Source of the DNA: Methanotrichaceae archaeon
Lineage (GTDB): Archaea; Halobacteriota; Methanosarcinia; Methanotrichales; Methanotrichaceae
NCBI GenBank assembly: GCA_963803145.1
Contig: CAWDLW010000042.1
Span: 32,001-96,000 of the forward strand
DNA length: 64,000 nucleotides
Direction: 5' to 3'
How positions within the stretch are numbered: the stretch's first letter is position 1; every line of letters starts with the position of its first letter. A program made the position numbers and the translations under genes. The notes below the pieces were generated by a model. The model was not told the DNA's origin. It searched no databases and was given only the letters and a program-made list of their open reading frames with translations. This document shows positions 61,495 to 64,000 of this stretch, piece by piece.

Positions 61495-62844
61495 ATGAAG
61501 CTTACCTTTGATCGAGGCACCATCCTGATCAGTGGGAACATCAGAGTCCCGAACTCCTCATGGGATGAGCGATCAGGAGCCTTCAGGGCAATGGCCCTGC
61601 ATTATAAGGATATTATCGATTTTCTAACAATGTCCAGCTTTGACTATAATGATTACGTTCTCAATCTCATACCCTGTCCTGAACTTCAAAGCAAGATTGC
61701 ATTGAGGGATTACCAGAAGCAAGCATTGGAGGCATGGACTGCTAACGGCAAATGCGGCGTAATTGTACTTCCAACAGGAAGCGGCAAAACAATTATCGGC
61801 CTGAGCGCCATATCATTGCTGAATACACCAGCAATAATAGTTGCTCCAACCCTCGATCTCGTGGATCAATGGCACTCTAAGCTTGAGGAAGAGTTCAAAG
61901 TTGAGGTGGGAACTTTAGGCGGAGGAGAACAGGAGATAAAGGCCTTAACAGTATCCACCTACGATTCTGCATACATCCATGCAGATAAGCTCGGGAATAA
62001 GTTTGGTTTAATAATTTTCGATGAGGTCCATCACCTCCCTGCAGAGGGCTACAGAAACATAGCTGAGATGTTCGCCTCTCCTTTTCGGATGGGCTTAACA
62101 GCCACATTTGAGCGGGAGGATGGTTTACATAAAGAGCTTAACCGGCTTGTAGGGGGAAAAGTCTTCGAAAAAAGGGTGGTAGATCTTGCTGGATATTATC
62201 TATCGCCCTTTAGGCTCGAGAAGATTGTAGTTGAGCTAACCGAAGAAGAGAAAGATGAGTATGCAAAAAACCAGAAACTCTTCTTGGATTATCTTGTAAG
62301 AAGCAACCTCACAATGAATAACCCCAATGGCTTCCAGAAGCTGATTATGAGGAGCGGAAGAGATCCTGAAGCCAGAAAAGCACTGCTTGCCAGAAATAAG
62401 GCAAGGGACATCGCCTTTAACAGCATCTCGAAGATAGAAAAGCTATCAGAGATTCTGAAAAGGCATAGTGCAGGCAGGATATTCATTTTTACGGAACATA
62501 ACAAGCTGGTTCACAAGATCTCAAAGGAATTTCTCATACCATCTATAACTTACAAAACCCCTGACAAAGAGAGAGGCGAGATTCTGGATGGGTTCAGATC
62601 GGGCACATATAGAGCAGTTGTCACCTCGAAGGTCCTTGATGAGGGCATAGATGTTCCTGACGCTGATGTTGGCATCGTTTTAAGCGGGACTGGAAGCGAA
62701 AGAGCCTTCATACAGAGACTGGGGAGAATCCTCCGAAAGAAAGAAGGAAAAAAAGCAGTCATGTACGAGATCGTATCGGCAGAGACAAGCGAAATCAACA
62801 CCGCAAGGAAAAGAAAGAGATCATTTAGACAATATAAGCAATAG
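61495..62844 (+). CDS. xpb: XPB/Rad25-family helicase
   Basis: LRDYQ, PTGSGKT, DEVHH, GLTAT, LDEGIDVP, QRLGRILR. Confidence 0.9.
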   Translation: MKLTFDRGTILISGNIRVPNSSWDERSGAFRAMALHYKDIIDFLTMSSFDYNDYVLNLIPCPELQSKIALRDYQKQALEAWTANGKCGVIVLPTGSGKTIIGLSAISLLNTPAIIVAPTLDLVDQWHSKLEEEFKVEVGTLGGGEQEIKALTVSTYDSAYIHADKLGNKFGLIIFDEVHHLPAEGYRNIAEMFASPFRMGLTATFEREDGLHKELNRLVGGKVFEKRVVDLAGYYLSPFRLEKIVVELTEEEKDEYAKNQKLFLDYLVRSNLTMNNPNGFQKLIMRSGRDPEARKALLARNKARDIAFNSISKIEKLSEILKRHSAGRIFIFTEHNKLVHKISKEFLIPSITYKTPDKERGEILDGFRSGTYRAVVTSKVLDEGIDVPDADVGIVLSGTGSERAFIQRLGRILRKKEGKKAVMYEIVSAETSEINTARKRKRSFRQYKQ

Positions 62845-62867
62845 GAAATAAACGATAGGAAAATAAA

Positions 62868-64000
62868 ATGCTGACAAGCGATCTGCTTATTACAAGAGTT
62901 CATAGCGGGAAGATAGAGCCTGCTTATGCGAACCTAGATCAGGAGAGCCAGGATATTGCCGGTTCAGTTATAGATGTTTTCGATAGGCATGTAGGAAGAA
63001 CCTATGGGGAGCTTATTGAAGAGATGAATGGTCTTGAGGAGATCAACTATCGCTTTGTCAGGGGGCTGGCACAGATTCTTGAGAGACGATGTATAATCGA
63101 AAAGGATTCCGTTATTGATCCAACTGCTGCCAGGAAGGCGGTTTTTAGGGAATCCAGGGGACTTGTTACCTGTGTGGAAGAAAGGACAGAAGTTCTAAAC
63201 AGGGCTTCAGGAACGCTCGCAATAAAACCAGACGATCTTGAGAAGGCTCTATGGGCAGACCTAGAAGAAAATCTTGTCATAAAAGAGTTTCAATCAATGA
63301 CCCCTGAGGAACTTCTAAAGCAGTATAACCTCTCCCTTGCTCAGACTTTGCTATTCAAGGCTACAGGAATGGAGATTCAGATAGAGGATAACTACCAGCA
63401 GATCTTCAGAAGAATCAAACAGCTTGGTCTCATGTATTCCATTGCTGATGGCAAAATATACCTGGATGGGCCTATTTCCCTGTTTAAGCTAACAGAGAAA
63501 TACGGCACATCCCTTGCAAAACTGCTGCCGACAATTATGATCTCCACAAGATGGAGCCTGAAGGCGACCATTCTCAGAAAAACATCACAGGGAAAAAGGG
63601 TTTATGATTTCACCCTTGACCATACAAAGAAATCGATCTTCGATGCAGAGCTTGGAATCAATGGGCGTGTTGATTTCGATAGTGCTATTGAAAAGGATTT
63701 CTACAATCTCGGCTTCAATGGCTGGATAGTCAGCAGAGAGCCAACAGTACTTAAAGCCGGCAAATATGCCTTTATTCCAGATTTTTCACTCGAGAAGAAC
63801 GGCACTAAGATGTATGTCGAGATCATCGGCTTCTGGACGCCCGAATATCTCAAAAACAAAATTAAGAAGATAAACCAGTTGGATGAAAAAGAGCGCATAA
63901 TCCTCCTGATAGATAGGAGCCTTGCATGCTCCGGCTCTGAGTTCAAAACTGAAAACCTCATTTTCTATGATAGAAAAATCCCTCACTTAGAGATAATCAA
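62868..64000 (+). CDS. bax1: Bax1 / DUF790 endonuclease, truncated by the window edge
   Basis: Not in the ORF track. MLTSDLL..QYNLSLAQTLLF..DGP.SLF..TEKYG..PDF..EIIGFWTPEYL; follows xpb. Confidence 0.88.
   Translation, partial: MLTSDLLITRVHSGKIEPAYANLDQESQDIAGSVIDVFDRHVGRTYGELIEEMNGLEEINYRFVRGLAQILERRCIIEKDSVIDPTAARKAVFRESRGLVTCVEERTEVLNRASGTLAIKPDDLEKALWADLEENLVIKEFQSMTPEELLKQYNLSLAQTLLFKATGMEIQIEDNYQQIFRRIKQLGLMYSIADGKIYLDGPISLFKLTEKYGTSLAKLLPTIMISTRWSLKATILRKTSQGKRVYDFTLDHTKKSIFDAELGINGRVDFDSAIEKDFYNLGFNGWIVSREPTVLKAGKYAFIPDFSLEKNGTKMYVEIIGFWTPEYLKNKIKKINQLDEKERIILLIDRSLACSGSEFKTENLIFYDRKIPHLEII

Overview
A gene-dense archaeal chromosome segment. Gene content and style suggest a methanogen of the Methanotrichaceae (Methanothrix-like); this is inferred, not confirmed. 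Positions ~2.8-47 kb hold mostly core genes: trm5, mgtA, hcp, gatCAB, paaK-ACT, non-discriminating aspS, ADP-dependent sugar kinase, sufCB, aksE/aksF-like genes and an RND transporter. Positions ~47-61 kb are an AT-richer accessory region with a decayed tyrosine integrase, several frameshifted genes, repeat-rich secreted proteins and PAS histidine kinases, followed by xpb-bax1. No rRNA, tRNA or CRISPR array was recognised. The main observations are: (1) a stand-alone Cas4 split into two overlapping genes, each half with its own membrane anchor; (2) a KaiC-like ATPase / small membrane protein / SLC5-STAC-2xDUF835 operon; (3) dispersed hairpins, most with an upstream TATA-like box, carrying anti-Shine-Dalgarno (CCUCC-type) motifs, plus two larger multibranch RNA candidates; (4) a 222-bp MITE with TIRs and a 6-bp target duplication; (5) secreted curlin-like and Cys/Thr-repeat proteins. 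All calls come from manual motif reading; no searches or folding programs were run.
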